The notes beneath the pieces are model-generated. The model saw only the letters and a list, made by a program, of their open reading frames with translations. It ran no database searches and was not told where the DNA came from. Below are positions 38,781 through 49,562 of a DNA stretch of 64,000 bases, in pieces (positions within the stretch are counted from its first letter, which is position 1; each line of letters begins with the position of its first letter). The DNA lies in contig CAJWSW010000004.1 in the NCBI GenBank assembly GCA_913046035.1, positions 6,927 through 70,926 of the forward strand, written 5' to 3'. The stretch is from an uncultured Alphaproteobacteria bacterium (lineage in GTDB: Bacteria; Pseudomonadota; Alphaproteobacteria; MPNO01; UBA830). The translations under genes were made by a program, and so were the position numbers.

Positions 38781-39161
38781 ATGGCGAAGCCCAAACACGT
38801 GGCTTATAATCACATGATGAATGACGCTTTTGACCTAAACGAGCTCGCACGTCGGTACCTTGATCTATGGCAACAACATCTCCTTCAAACGGCAAAAGAT
38901 CCCGATCTCACTGCGGACCTAGCCACAATTATGGAGGTGATGCCAAGCTTGTTTTTTTCAGCATCACCCAAAATGACAGAGACTCCGATTGACGAAACAA
39001 CGCAACGGGCCACGACCACTGCCACTACATCTGATGGCAGGAATGGCGATATCGATGAACTCCGCCACCGCTTGGCCGTTGTTGAGGAACGGCTGGTCGC
39101 CCTGGAGGAGCAATCTGGCGGAGCAAGGAAACGCACTGCAAAAAGAACTGAGAGGAGTTAA
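38781..39161 (+). CDS. hypothetical coiled-coil protein upstream of and overlapping phaC (possible synthase partner)
   Basis: 126-aa ORF with RRYLDLWQQHL and an IDELRHRLAVVEERLVALEEQ coiled coil. The SD spacing is poor, and the ORF overlaps the phaC frame by up to 173 nt. Confidence 0.4.
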   Translation: MAKPKHVAYNHMMNDAFDLNELARRYLDLWQQHLLQTAKDPDLTADLATIMEVMPSLFFSASPKMTETPIDETTQRATTTATTSDGRNGDIDELRHRLAVVEERLVALEEQSGGARKRTAKRTERS

Positions 39162-40224
39162 TCCTGAGGAGTTCGCTGATGAATTAGCTACTGAGCTTCT
39201 ATCGCGAACCAATAAATTTTTGCAAGGCATAGAAACTTATCGTTCACACTCTTTCACACGAGATCTCACATCGCCGGCATCCATATGGCAGAGCGGTTCA
39301 GTTCAGCTGTTGGATTACGGGGAAACAGACCCAACAGGAAGAAACGGACGACCAGTTTTAGTTATCCCATCACTGATCAACCGAAGTTACATTATGGACC
39401 TTACTGCGGAATGCAGTTTTCTCCGTTATCTTGCATCGCAAGGTCTGCGGCCACTTCTAGTGGACTGGGGCCAGCCAGATAAGAAATCACTCGCCCAAAC
39501 ACTGGATGACTGCGTCGCGAAGACTTTGCGGAATGCACTTAACTTTACAGTTGACTTGTTTATGCAGAGGCCGGTCCCGATCATTGGATATTGTATGGGA
39601 GGGACACTAGCGACCGCGCTTTCAGTTCTTGAGCCGAAAAAATGTGATGGATTGGTTTTGCTAGCCGCGCCATGGGACTTCCACGCTGGTGATAACGGCC
39701 TGACATCGGCCATTACAAACGCCCATTCATCACTTGAACGGATTATTTCACTTTTTGGCTATCTCCCCGTAGATGTTATTCAGACGATGTTTTTTTATCT
39801 CGACCCTTCTCTAGGCTGGAATAAATTCCGGGAATTCTCTGAATTAAATCCAAATAGTCGCGAGGCGGCGAATTTCGTTGCGCTTGAGGACTGGCTTAAT
39901 GATGGCGTGCCGTTAGCTGCCGAAATCGCGCGCACCTGCCTGTTCGAATGGTATACAGCCAATAGCCCAGCAAGGGGCAGGTGGCAAATCGCGGGTAAGA
40001 CTATCGATCCGACGCGGATTACTCTTCGCACGCTCGGAGTTATACCGGCCAATGATCGGATCGTGCACCCCAACTCTGCAAAAGCACTCTTGAGTGCCAT
40101 TTGCAGCGTAGACACGCTGACACCAGCGGCAGGACACATTGGAATGATGGTAGGCCACAACTCGAGGATGGCAGTGTGGAAGCCCATTGCGAAGTGGATC
40201 CATGAAAGATGTGCGCCGCAATAA
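38989..40224 (+). CDS. phaC: short (class III/IV-like) poly(3-hydroxyalkanoate) synthase
   Basis: GYCMGG lipase-box cysteine and a C-terminal AAGHIGMMVG histidine on an alpha/beta fold. About 400 aa, lacking the long class I N-domain. The start is uncertain: TTG 38989, ATG 39034 or TTG near 39217. Confidence 0.75.
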   Translation: MTKQRNGPRPLPLHLMAGMAISMNSATAWPLLRNGWSPWRSNLAEQGNALQKELRGVNPEEFADELATELLSRTNKFLQGIETYRSHSFTRDLTSPASIWQSGSVQLLDYGETDPTGRNGRPVLVIPSLINRSYIMDLTAECSFLRYLASQGLRPLLVDWGQPDKKSLAQTLDDCVAKTLRNALNFTVDLFMQRPVPIIGYCMGGTLATALSVLEPKKCDGLVLLAAPWDFHAGDNGLTSAITNAHSSLERIISLFGYLPVDVIQTMFFYLDPSLGWNKFREFSELNPNSREAANFVALEDWLNDGVPLAAEIARTCLFEWYTANSPARGRWQIAGKTIDPTRITLRTLGVIPANDRIVHPNSAKALLSAICSVDTLTPAAGHIGMMVGHNSRMAVWKPIAKWIHERCAPQ

Positions 40225-40371
40225 TACAAGCCGGTAATAATCACAATAATTTGGCACTAATTTTTGTGCATTGCCTGCCGTTGATTGAAAGAAAATTCAA
40301 TTAAGTTTATATGAAATAATCATTTTGAATGATCGGCCTCGTAGGCTGACCGCAAAAAAGAGAGAAGCCCA

Positions 40372-41547
40372 ATGACAAACGTCGTGATTGCAAGCGCCGC
40401 ACGCACACCGGTGGGTTCGTTTAACGGCTCACTCAGTTCCCTTTCAGCTTCGGATCTCGGAAAAGTCGCCATTGAAGCTGCGCTCGAACGTGCCGGGGTG
40501 GCCGCCGAGGACGTTTCGGAAGTGATTATGGGTCAGATTTTGACTGCCGCGCAAGGCCAGAACCCGGCCCGGCAGGCTTCGATAGGCGCCGGTCTGCCAG
40601 TGGAGGTGCCCGCGTACGGTGTGAATCAACTGTGTGGATCTGGTTTAAAATCGGTCGCCATGGGCCTACAGGCGATCCTAAATGGAGACTCCGGTATCGT
40701 GGTCGCCGGCGGTCAAGAGTCAATGAGCATGGCTCCGCACGCGTCTAACTTACGTGCTGGAACCAAAATGGGCAGCACCGAATTGGTTGATACCATGATT
40801 AAAGACGGCCTATGGGATGCCTTCAATGGTTATCACATGGGCAATACCGCAGAGAACGTGGCTGAAAAGTGGCAGATAACACGAGAACAGCAGGACGAAT
40901 ATGCTGCGGCATCACAAAATAAGGCAGAGGCCGCGCAAAAAGCCGGAAAATTCAAGAATGAAATCGCTCCAGTAAAATACAAAACCCGCAAAGGCGAAAT
41001 AATTGTAGAAGAGGACGAATATCCAAAATCAGGTGTGACAGCGAAGTCGCTATCAACTCTGCGACCGGCTTTTGACAAAGAGGGTACTGTTACCGCCGGC
41101 AACGCATCTGGCATAAATGATGGAGCAGCCGCGTTAGTCCTAATGTCAGAGGATGAAGCTAAAAGCCGCCACATCGAGCCTATGGCACGAATCGTCTCTT
41201 GGGCTCAGGTAGGTGTCGATCCAGCAATCATGGGTTCAGGACCAATTCCGGCCAGCCGCAAAGCACTTGAAAAGGCAGGTTGGTCTGCCGAGGAACTCGA
41301 CCTCGTGGAAGCGAATGAAGCTTTCGCCGCGCAGGCATGTGCAGTAAACAAGGATCTTGGGTGGGATGTGGATAAGGTTAATGTTAACGGCGGTGCCATC
41401 GCGATCGGTCACCCGATTGGAGCATCCGGGGCGCGTGTTCTTACAACCCTTTTATACGAGATGCAGAAACGCGATGCCAAAAAGGGGCTGGCCACTTTAT
41501 GTATTGGCGGCGGCATGGGCATAGCGATGTGCGTTGAGCGCGACTAA
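40372..41547 (+). CDS. phaA: acetyl-CoA C-acetyltransferase (beta-ketothiolase)
   Basis: Thiolase motifs ([36 protein letters not shown]). 391 aa. Confidence 0.92.
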   Translation: MTNVVIASAARTPVGSFNGSLSSLSASDLGKVAIEAALERAGVAAEDVSEVIMGQILTAAQGQNPARQASIGAGLPVEVPAYGVNQLCGSGLKSVAMGLQAILNGDSGIVVAGGQESMSMAPHASNLRAGTKMGSTELVDTMIKDGLWDAFNGYHMGNTAENVAEKWQITREQQDEYAAASQNKAEAAQKAGKFKNEIAPVKYKTRKGEIIVEEDEYPKSGVTAKSLSTLRPAFDKEGTVTAGNASGINDGAAALVLMSEDEAKSRHIEPMARIVSWAQVGVDPAIMGSGPIPASRKALEKAGWSAEELDLVEANEAFAAQACAVNKDLGWDVDKVNVNGGAIAIGHPIGASGARVLTTLLYEMQKRDAKKGLATLCIGGGMGIAMCVERD

Positions 41548-41656
41548 ACAGTTAAAAAATCGGATCGCTCTCAGCAGAAACATATTCAAACAAACCTTCA
41601 ATTGATTGGATGGCGATCAAGCTTACGGCGAACTGGTGTGAATGGAAGAATTACAG

Positions 41657-42379
41657 ATGCCAAGAGTTGCAGTTGTCACAGGCGGCACACGTGGGATCGG
41701 CGGTATCGTCTCTACCCAACTAAAAGCTAAGGGCTACAAAGTCGCTGCGGTATACGGAGGCAACACCGATGCAGCGAAGAAATTCGGAGACGACACCGGT
41801 ATCGCCGTATATAAATTTGATGTGTCTGATTACAACGCCTGCGAGGAGGGCATAGCTCTTATAGAGCAGGACCATGGACCGACTGAAATATTGGTTAATA
41901 ACGCGGGTATAACCCGTGACGGTACAATGCATAGGATGAACCCGGACAAGTGGCAGGCAGTTATCGACACAAATCTAGGTTCTTGCTTTAACATGAGCAG
42001 GTTAGTTATTGATGGAATGCGTGAACGTAAGTTCGGTCGCATCGTTAACATCGGGTCGATTAATGGTCAGGCAGGACAATACGGGCAGGTTAACTATGCA
42101 GCAGCCAAGTCCGGCATTCATGGCTTTACAAAGGCGCTTGCGCAAGAGAGCGCTGCCCAAGGCATTACGGTAAACGCTATTGCACCAGGTTATGTCGACA
42201 CTGACATGGTGCGCGCTGTGCCCTCAGATATCCTAGAAAAAATCATTCAACGAATTCCAATGGGTCGGCTGGGTCGTGGCGAAGACATAGCGCGCGGTGT
42301 TCTATTTCTGGTTGCCGACGACGCCGACTTCATTACAGGCTCAACGCTATCTATCAACGGTGGCCAACATATGTATTAG
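41657..42379 (+). CDS. phaB: acetoacetyl-CoA reductase
   Basis: VVTGGTRGIG and YAAAK SDR motifs. 240 aa from the ATG at 41657. Confidence 0.9.
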   Translation: MPRVAVVTGGTRGIGGIVSTQLKAKGYKVAAVYGGNTDAAKKFGDDTGIAVYKFDVSDYNACEEGIALIEQDHGPTEILVNNAGITRDGTMHRMNPDKWQAVIDTNLGSCFNMSRLVIDGMRERKFGRIVNIGSINGQAGQYGQVNYAAAKSGIHGFTKALAQESAAQGITVNAIAPGYVDTDMVRAVPSDILEKIIQRIPMGRLGRGEDIARGVLFLVADDADFITGSTLSINGGQHMY

Positions 42380-42546
42380 GTGGCAGTGAAAGCTTAGATC
42401 GTGCGGGCACTAAAGCCGCGTATATTTATCAGTATCGAATTACCGCAGCATTTCTTACCGGCAGCGGATTATTTCACACAGAAATCCCTAGCATTCCCTG
42501 GCACAAGATATAGTTATATAGAAACACATCCCTTAAAGCGGTCATT

Positions 42547-42580
42547 AACAGGCTTGGCTGCGTTATATAAGCCTGTTTGT
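42547..42580 (+). terminator. 9-bp stem hairpin between phaB and the monooxygenase gene (possible terminator or attenuator)
   Basis: AACAGGCTT (42547-42555) pairs with AAGCCTGTT (42569-42577) across a 13-nt loop. TGT follows, so the T-tract is weak. Confidence 0.3.
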
Positions 42581-42598
42581 CCGAAACGGAGGCGCAAT

Positions 42599-44395
42599 AT
42601 GGATTCCATAGGTGAGAGCCTTTCAACAGTAGCTGAAGAATGGTTAACTCAGTTTGAAATAGCTCTTGCAACAGATGACAAGGATTTGCTGTCCACACTA
42701 TTCTTGCCTCAGAGCCATTGGCGAGATTTGCTGGCGATAACATGGGACATAACCACATCTAGCGGCGCTGGAGTTATTGCTTCGCGTCTCGTTAGCTTCC
42801 AGGCCGAGATGGGGGCAACCGAATTCCGCCTCGACGAAACTGATGCACCGGTGCGCGTCGTGTCACGGGGCGGAAAAGAGGCCGTGATCGAAGCAATATA
42901 CAGTTTCGCAACAGTGCACGGGCGGGGGCACGGGGTTTTTCGATTGCTTCAAGACCCCGCAGATGGCGGTAAGTTGAAGGCTTGGACGCTCCTCACGGCA
43001 CTTAACTCTATTGCAGGACATGAAGAGACGGTTGGCGCTGACCGCCCAACGGGAGAGGCCTATTCACGCGATTTTAAAGGGCCTAATTGGCAAGACCGAC
43101 GGAACGCGGCCATCGCCTATGAAAGTCACGATCCAGAGGTATTGGTTGTTGGAGGAGGACAGGCTGGCTTGTCTGCCGCCGCCCGGCTGACCCAGCTCGA
43201 CGTGGACACCCTGGTCGTCGATTCCAACGCGCGGGTCGGGGACAATTGGCGTAAACGCTATCATGCGCTGGTCCTCCACAATCAAGTCCATGTCAACCAT
43301 TTCCCATATTTGCCATTCCCTCCCAATTGGCCGACCTACATTCCCAAAGACAAACTGGCTGGCTGGTTTGAGGCCTATGTTGAGCTAATGGAGCTGAACT
43401 ATTGGACAAACACCACATTCACCGGCGGCGTCTACGATGAGGTGAGAGGGCAATGGCGAGCGGAACTTTCGGATTCCCACGGAACAACGAAGACAGTACG
43501 CCCAAAACATATTGTCATGGCAACCAGTGTCAGCGGCATTCCAAATGTACCAGTCATCCCGACACTCGAGATTTTTAAAGGAAATGTCATCCATTCGGGC
43601 AAGTATGTTGGCTCCCGGGACTTAGCTGGAGCCAACGTCCTAATTATTGGCACGGGTACTAGTGGCCACGACATAGCACAAGACCTGCATTCCAATGGCG
43701 CGAACCCAACACTAGTGCAACGCAGCCCTACTCTAGTCCTCAATGTGGAACCGGCGGCGCAGCTACCGTACACCCTATATAATGAAGCTATCTCCCTAGA
43801 CACCAAAGATTTGATTGCATCCTCAATGCCGTTGGAACCATTAAAAGCCGCACACAAATGGATGGCAGAGGAAGCCTCGCGCCTAGACGCGGCACTGATT
43901 GATAAACTTGAGAATGCTGGATTTCGAATTGATCACGAAGATGTATACGGGTGGCAATTTAAGTACATGAACCGAGGTGGCGGATACTATTTCAACGTTG
44001 GATGTTCAGACCTTGTCGCCAATGGCGAAGTGGGTCTAATCCAGAGCGACAACATTGAAACCTTTGTCGCCGATGGAGTGCGAATGAAGGATGAGACCTT
44101 CCTACCTGTGGATATTGTGATCCTGTCAACTGGATATAAGGGGCCCGAAGAAATGGTCAGAAATCTCATGGGCGAAGATGTCGCTGGCCGGGTCGGCCGT
44201 ATATGGGGTTGGAACGAAGATAAGCAGGAGCTTAATAATATGTGGATGCGGACTGGGCAGCCGGGGCTCTGGTTCACCGCTGGGAGCTTCGCGCAGTGCC
44301 GAATTTATTCTAAATACCTAGGTATGCAGATAAAAGCCTGCTTAGAGGGTCTCATCCGAACGGATAAACCAAATACTAAGTCCCAACGCTACTGA
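42599..44395 (+). CDS. flavin-containing / Baeyer-Villiger-type NAD(P)/FAD-dependent monooxygenase
   Basis: The ATG at 42599 has GGAGG upstream. VVGGGQAGLSAAARL and IIGTGTSGHDIA dinucleotide motifs follow an extra N-terminal domain of about 170 aa. Confidence 0.8.
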   Translation: MDSIGESLSTVAEEWLTQFEIALATDDKDLLSTLFLPQSHWRDLLAITWDITTSSGAGVIASRLVSFQAEMGATEFRLDETDAPVRVVSRGGKEAVIEAIYSFATVHGRGHGVFRLLQDPADGGKLKAWTLLTALNSIAGHEETVGADRPTGEAYSRDFKGPNWQDRRNAAIAYESHDPEVLVVGGGQAGLSAAARLTQLDVDTLVVDSNARVGDNWRKRYHALVLHNQVHVNHFPYLPFPPNWPTYIPKDKLAGWFEAYVELMELNYWTNTTFTGGVYDEVRGQWRAELSDSHGTTKTVRPKHIVMATSVSGIPNVPVIPTLEIFKGNVIHSGKYVGSRDLAGANVLIIGTGTSGHDIAQDLHSNGANPTLVQRSPTLVLNVEPAAQLPYTLYNEAISLDTKDLIASSMPLEPLKAAHKWMAEEASRLDAALIDKLENAGFRIDHEDVYGWQFKYMNRGGGYYFNVGCSDLVANGEVGLIQSDNIETFVADGVRMKDETFLPVDIVILSTGYKGPEEMVRNLMGEDVAGRVGRIWGWNEDKQELNNMWMRTGQPGLWFTAGSFAQCRIYSKYLGMQIKACLEGLIRTDKPNTKSQRY

Positions 44396-44402
44396 ATGCG
44401 TT

Positions 44403-45020
44403 TCACCCGAATTCCCGCGCATCACTTAGAATAGTCTCCGACATAGACGAACGCTTGTTGAACTCCTCGAACCAGGCTGCAAGGGACGGACAATCACCAC
44501 GCCAGTCATCATCTGGGAAAGTTTGATCGACAAATGCTAACGCGACGGCGATCGAAATCGTACCGACGTCTATCTTTCCCGCAAATCCCGAGACGTCTCT
44601 TTCCAACGCCAGAATTCCATTAAACACAATCGCCCTGTTATGAGCGATAATTCCGCCTGACTGGCGCTCTATTTTTTTTAAGCTTTCGACAAAGCAGGTC
44701 ACCATAGAGGTGATCATTCCGTCAGCCAACGCCTGACGGGTAAGCACAACCCAGCGGTCTCCATCATCGCGCGGCAGAAATTTAGGTCCGTCACATTTGA
44801 CGTCCAGATACTCCATAATTACGGGTGAATCATAAATCGACAAACCTTCATCTGTGATCAAGCAGGGTATCTGTCCAAGCGGGCTCGGTGTTGCCTCCCT
44901 ATCCTCCCTTTTGAGCGGGTTGGATTTTTCTTTTGTTACGATGCCTTCAATACCCTTTTCTTTCATTAACACGACGACCTTTCGGGCAAAAGGAGAAGTA
45001 GGAGACCAGCGGAGCTTCAT
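44403..45020 (-). CDS. glutathione S-transferase family protein
   Basis: 205 aa with a thioredoxin-like N-domain (SPFARKV, GQIPCL, ESPVI-like). Confidence 0.75.
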   Translation of the reverse strand: MKLRWSPTSPFARKVVVLMKEKGIEGIVTKEKSNPLKREDREATPSPLGQIPCLITDEGLSIYDSPVIMEYLDVKCDGPKFLPRDDGDRWVVLTRQALADGMITSMVTCFVESLKKIERQSGGIIAHNRAIVFNGILALERDVSGFAGKIDVGTISIAVALAFVDQTFPDDDWRGDCPSLAAWFEEFNKRSSMSETILSDAREFG

Positions 45021-45032
45021 GATCGAAGTTTC

Positions 45033-45803
45033 CTAAAAGTTATCTTTTCGTGTCCGAATTTCAGCAAATACTTCGACAGGCGGCTTTCCTTCCATGCCAA
45101 TAACAGCAGCCATTTGCGGGTCATCGGCGCGAAGAAATGGATTGGTCCGACGTTCAACACCCATCAGCGACGGGACAGTCGATACGCCAGCCTCCCGCCG
45201 GGCCGTGATCTGCTTCGCGTACGCCCGCAAATCCCTATTATCGGGGTCTAAGCTAAGTGCGAATTTAGCGTTGCCCATAGTGTATTCATGTGCGCAGTAG
45301 ACCCAAGTATCATCCGGGACTTTCTTGAACTTAGATATAGAATCATACATTTGCGGGAGGGTGCCCTCGAAAACACGCCCACAACCAAGCGCGAAAAGGG
45401 TGTCACCGCAGAATAAAGCCCGGCTTTCGGCAAACCAGTAGGCAATATGGCCAGCAGTGTGGCCAGGAACGTCCCAGACTTTTGCCTCGGCTTCGTAGAG
45501 CATGAATGTATCATCGTCCGCGAGTTCAACATCAATCATCGGTATTCGGTCACGATCTGCTTTGGGGCCGACAACAGTGCAATTCGTAGCTTTTTTAATC
45601 TCTGGAATCCCGCCGACATGATCATCGTGGTGATGAGTGGCGAGGATATGGGTCAGGTTCCAACCAAACATTTCAATTGTGTTCAGAACTGGTGCGGAGT
45701 CGGAGGGATCGACGACTGCCGCGTTTTCAGACGAGCTCTCACGCAGGAGATAAACATAGTTATCGGAACGGGTTGGAATCTGATGAATTTCTAACGTAGA
45801 CAT
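45033..45803 (-). CDS. gloB: hydroxyacylglutathione hydrolase (glyoxalase II)
   Basis: THHHDDHVGG motif. 256 aa from the ATG at 45803. Confidence 0.9.
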   Translation of the reverse strand: MSTLEIHQIPTRSDNYVYLLRESSSENAAVVDPSDSAPVLNTIEMFGWNLTHILATHHHDDHVGGIPEIKKATNCTVVGPKADRDRIPMIDVELADDDTFMLYEAEAKVWDVPGHTAGHIAYWFAESRALFCGDTLFALGCGRVFEGTLPQMYDSISKFKKVPDDTWVYCAHEYTMGNAKFALSLDPDNRDLRAYAKQITARREAGVSTVPSLMGVERRTNPFLRADDPQMAAVIGMEGKPPVEVFAEIRTRKDNF

Positions 45804-45924
45804 TTGTCCAGGCCTTTGGAGTAAATTAACAAAACAATAAGACCCTAACAAACCCGATAACGAGCGCCAACAGCGGGGTGATCTATTTCTTTTCAGCGGC
45901 GAAAACGCAAGGCATAGTCTATAC

Positions 45925-46677
45925 GTGTATAATGATGTCATTGACCTACGGGATTTTTACAGCTCTCCGCTTGGGCTAACGACGCAGCGAATAGTGCGGC
46001 GTTATGTTCGAAACATTTGGCCAGATACCCGCGGCATGAATATTGCCGGGGTCGGTTATCCAACACCCTATCTTCGCCCTTTTATAGAGAATACAGAGCG
46101 CGTTGTCGCACTGATGCCAGCACAACAGGGCGCTCTCAAGTGGCCAGCGGAGGAAGGAAATATTGTCTCTCTGGTACTCGAAGAAGGTCTACCGCTTCCC
46201 GATGTATCGGTAGACCGGGTCCTAATGATACATTCGCTAGAATATTCAGACCAGGCACGCAAACTACTTCGCGAAGTATGGAGGGTAATGACGGAAGGTG
46301 GACGCGTTCTCATTGTGGTGCCGAACCGGCGCGGCATATGGGCACGAATAGACCATACCCCATTTGGTCACGGCCAGCCTTTCACAGCAGCACAAATGTC
46401 ACGGCTGCTCCGCAACAACTTATTCCAGCCAGAATGTTGGTCAGCCGGACTTTTTGTGCCTCCCACACGATCCCGCATGATCCTCGCCTCTGCGAACCCA
46501 ATAGAACGACTGGGCTATCGCTGGTTTCAGGCAGTCGGAGGATTGTTATTTGTGGAGGCACAAAAACAGATCTACGCGGCCACTGGAAAGGCGCAAGAGA
46601 CCACGCGGGAGCGGCGTTATGCTCGCGTCGTTGGAGGGAGCGAACACAAATCCACCTACAATACATATTGCCTTTGA
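45925..46677 (+). CDS. class I SAM-dependent methyltransferase
   Basis: GTG start giving YNDVIDLRDFYSSPLG. It is divergent from gloB, as in many alphaproteobacteria. Confidence 0.7.
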   Translation: MYNDVIDLRDFYSSPLGLTTQRIVRRYVRNIWPDTRGMNIAGVGYPTPYLRPFIENTERVVALMPAQQGALKWPAEEGNIVSLVLEEGLPLPDVSVDRVLMIHSLEYSDQARKLLREVWRVMTEGGRVLIVVPNRRGIWARIDHTPFGHGQPFTAAQMSRLLRNNLFQPECWSAGLFVPPTRSRMILASANPIERLGYRWFQAVGGLLFVEAQKQIYAATGKAQETTRERRYARVVGGSEHKSTYNTYCL

Positions 46678-46680
46678 GCC

Positions 46681-47334
46681 TTATTCTCGGGTAAGCACGA
46701 AAATCGCTTCTTCACCGCATATATTTGCAGCAGCACCGGCGGAATTAAGCCTTCGCGCCGATCCAGCGCGAGAGACTGATAGCGCTTGCTGTACTTTTAA
46801 TCCCAGATCATCGCAAAGTTTAGAGAAATCCCGGATTGTGCAAAGATGGATATTTGGCGTGTCATACCACGAAGCCTTTTCATCACCGACAATTGGCATA
46901 CGTCCTCTTAGCAGCATTTCAAGTCGAACACGCCAGTGACCGAAGTTGGTAAAAGATACAATTGCGTGGCGGCCGATGCGCACCAAATGAGACACCACTT
47001 CGCGCGGGTTACGCGTGGCTTGAAGAGTCCGGGTTAGCAAGACGTAATCAAAAGCATCATCGGGAAAGTATTCTAGATCGGTATCTGCGTCGCCCTGTAT
47101 AACCGATAGACCGTTTGCGACACAGGCGTTCACACCGTCCTGGCTAATCTCGATCCCACGTCCATCTACCGCCTTATTGCGCCCAAGATAGTCAAGTAAC
47201 GCGCCGTCCCCGCAGCCGATATCGAGAACACGGCTGCCATCATTGATCATAGTTACAATTATTTCTAGATCGTAACGCGTTAGCGAGGAGGTCTCAGATA
47301 AGACACTCCGGTTAATGCTACTTGTCTGACTCAT
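46681..47334 (-). CDS. metW: methionine biosynthesis protein MetW
   Basis: [12 protein letters not shown] methyltransferase-like motif. A 4-nt overlap follows metX. Confidence 0.9.
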   Translation of the reverse strand: MSQTSSINRSVLSETSSLTRYDLEIIVTMINDGSRVLDIGCGDGALLDYLGRNKAVDGRGIEISQDGVNACVANGLSVIQGDADTDLEYFPDDAFDYVLLTRTLQATRNPREVVSHLVRIGRHAIVSFTNFGHWRVRLEMLLRGRMPIVGDEKASWYDTPNIHLCTIRDFSKLCDDLGLKVQQALSVSRAGSARRLNSAGAAANICGEEAIFVLTRE

Positions 47335-48509
47335 TTACGCGCTAATCCGCGATGTTCAGCGGCGCCCTCAAGAAACCCTGACACGGTTGCGCAAAACTGT
47401 GGCTCTTCTAAAAGAAAGGCGTCATGTCCTTTGTCCGTATCAATTTCGACAAAACTAACATTTGCCGCAACTGCGTTTAAAGCCCGCACAATTTCACGAC
47501 TTTCTTCAGTGGGAAAGAGCCAGTCACTGTTGAAGGAAATCACGCAAAACCTTACGGGCGTCGCTTCAAACGCGGCAGCCAAGACACCGCCGTATTCTGC
47601 CGCCAAATCAAAGTAATCCATGGCGCGAGTGATATAGAGATAAGAGTTCGCGTCAAATCTCTCGACAAAGGTGCTGCCTTGGTGCCGCAAATAACTCTCT
47701 ACCTGAAAGTCCGCGTCAAAGCCAAAACTGATGGCTTCACGGGCTTGCAAACGTCGGCCAAACTTTCGATGCAACGCTGTTTCGGACAGATACGTGATAT
47801 GTGCAGCCATTCGCGCGACTGACAAACCACCCTTCGGCTTTGCACCCTCCCGGAGATAGTTACCTTTGCGCCAGTCTGGATCAGCCATAATTGCCTGTCG
47901 GCCAACTTCATGAAAAGCGATATTTTGCGCGGAATGCCGAGCCGCTCCGGCGATCGGCACTGCAGAGAATACACGGTCAGGGTATTTAGACGCCCATTCT
48001 AGAACCTGCATCGCCCCCATCGAACCGCCAATGACGCAGAACAGTTGATCGATCCCAAGGTGATCAAGAAGCAAGGATTGGGCTCGAACCATGTCGCCGA
48101 TCGTGATTACCGGGAATTCGAGTCCCCAAGGTTTATTTGTATCAGGATTAGTATCCTTTGGACCTGTTGATCCCATGCAACCGCCAAGGACATTTATGCA
48201 GACGAAAAAATATCGGTCAGTGTCCAGCGGTTTTCCTGGTCCCACCATTAACTGCCACCAACCTGGCTTATTAGTAAGTGGGTTGTTTTCTAAAACGTAC
48301 TGATCGCCCGTCAGCGCGTGACAGATAAGTACAACATTAGATTTATCAGCGTTTAAATGACCACAGGTTGTGTAAGCAGCAGTGAATGGCCCGATTGTCT
48401 CTCCTGAGTCGAGACGCATAGGTTTGTCACGTGCCAGCTCTGCTTGAAGCCTCGGTAACTCCTCGTTAATAACTCCGGGTATCGGAGGGGTGTCGCGGGT
48501 CGCCCCCAT
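47331..48509 (-). CDS. metX: homoserine O-acetyltransferase
   Basis: HALTGD and GGSMGAMQ motifs. 392 aa. Confidence 0.9.
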   Translation of the reverse strand: MGATRDTPPIPGVINEELPRLQAELARDKPMRLDSGETIGPFTAAYTTCGHLNADKSNVVLICHALTGDQYVLENNPLTNKPGWWQLMVGPGKPLDTDRYFFVCINVLGGCMGSTGPKDTNPDTNKPWGLEFPVITIGDMVRAQSLLLDHLGIDQLFCVIGGSMGAMQVLEWASKYPDRVFSAVPIAGAARHSAQNIAFHEVGRQAIMADPDWRKGNYLREGAKPKGGLSVARMAAHITYLSETALHRKFGRRLQAREAISFGFDADFQVESYLRHQGSTFVERFDANSYLYITRAMDYFDLAAEYGGVLAAAFEATPVRFCVISFNSDWLFPTEESREIVRALNAVAANVSFVEIDTDKGHDAFLLEEPQFCATVSGFLEGAAEHRGLARK

Positions 48510-48689
48510 TTCTGCAAACCATGTTGCTACTTTAGAAGACCCAAATAGCTAGGGTTGCTGTTATACTATGTCAATGTTTTCTTTGCATTTACAGGTCTCG
48601 GGGATTACATATTGCCCGCCTCAGGTAGAGTTTGCGTGAGGAAACAAAACGCAGAATTCTGCCTATTTAAAACTCAAAATGGCTCAAAG

Positions 48690-49562
48690 ATGTCGGATGG
48701 AAATCTCAACCTTTCTTCGTTGCGCGAAGAAATTGACAGCATCGACGAACAATTGCACGACCTCATTGTTCGGCGAGCGGAGATTGCAGTGGCCGTACGA
48801 AGTTCCAAAGGTAATTCATCTATCTGGCGACCCGCGCGGGAAGCACAAATTCTTCGGCGACTTATTGCTCGTCATAAAGGGCCTTTCCCGAAGTCCACGA
48901 TTGTCCAACTCTGGCGCGAAATAGTATCTGCGATGGTTCGCATTCAAGGTGAATTAAAAGTTGCCGTTTATGCTCCGGATGGTATTTACACATTCAGGGA
49001 AATGGCGCGAGATCATTTCGGTGCAGGGACGCCGCTGTCTTTGCATTCTTCGGCGCGTGCAGTGCTAAATTCGGTTCAAGATGGGAAAGCTACGGTCGGA
49101 ATTTTGCCATTCCCGGAGGACGATGAAGCGGCACCTTGGTGGACAGTCCTCGCCGCCATAGAAACTGAGCGTAGGCTATCCGTTTGTGCTCGCCTTCCGT
49201 TTGTGCCAATGGCAGTTGATCACCGCGACGCCGCTCTTTGCGTGGCAAAAATTGAAGCAGAGAATAGCGGCGATGATAAAAGTTTCTTTGTTTTACACAC
49301 GTCACCCCAAATTAGCCGCACGCGTCTGCAGGAAGCCATCACGGCAGCAGGCATTACACTTTTACGGCTTGTTGGAATAAATGAGCAGCTTGAGGACAAC
49401 ACAATGTTCCTATTAGAACTTGAGGGTTTCATCGAGCCGGACGACGCCCGTATCGCTCATCTGACCAATCCTGACCGTGGCGTTGCCAAAGACGCGTTCT
49501 TTCTTGGCGTTTACGCGACTCCTTTTTCTAGCGAAATCATCTCGAATATGGGAGGGCCCTGA
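48690..49562 (+). CDS. chorismate mutase (with a PDT-like C-terminal domain)
   Basis: The ATG at 48690 gives LSSLREEIDSIDEQLHDLIVRRAE, a type II chorismate mutase motif. 290 aa. Confidence 0.8.
   Translation: MSDGNLNLSSLREEIDSIDEQLHDLIVRRAEIAVAVRSSKGNSSIWRPAREAQILRRLIARHKGPFPKSTIVQLWREIVSAMVRIQGELKVAVYAPDGIYTFREMARDHFGAGTPLSLHSSARAVLNSVQDGKATVGILPFPEDDEAAPWWTVLAAIETERRLSVCARLPFVPMAVDHRDAALCVAKIEAENSGDDKSFFVLHTSPQISRTRLQEAITAAGITLLRLVGINEQLEDNTMFLLELEGFIEPDDARIAHLTNPDRGVAKDAFFLGVYATPFSSEIISNMGGP

Noticed and set aside
42401-42598. 66-codon upstream extension of the monooxygenase ORF.
   Set aside because: The extension looks non-protein-like and contains the hairpin. The ATG at 42599 has a GGAGG SD at proper spacing.
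46017-46694. 225-aa Arg-rich ORF overlapping the methyltransferase gene in another frame.
   Set aside because: Its composition (Arg/Ser/Thr/Pro-rich) and complete overlap with a conserved methyltransferase frame mark it as an artefact.
48510-48689. SAM-II/SAM-V riboswitch in front of metX.
   Set aside because: The leader is only about 180 nt and is shared with the divergent chorismate mutase promoter. I could not find the conserved AAAGCU-type 3' core or a pseudoknot arrangement.
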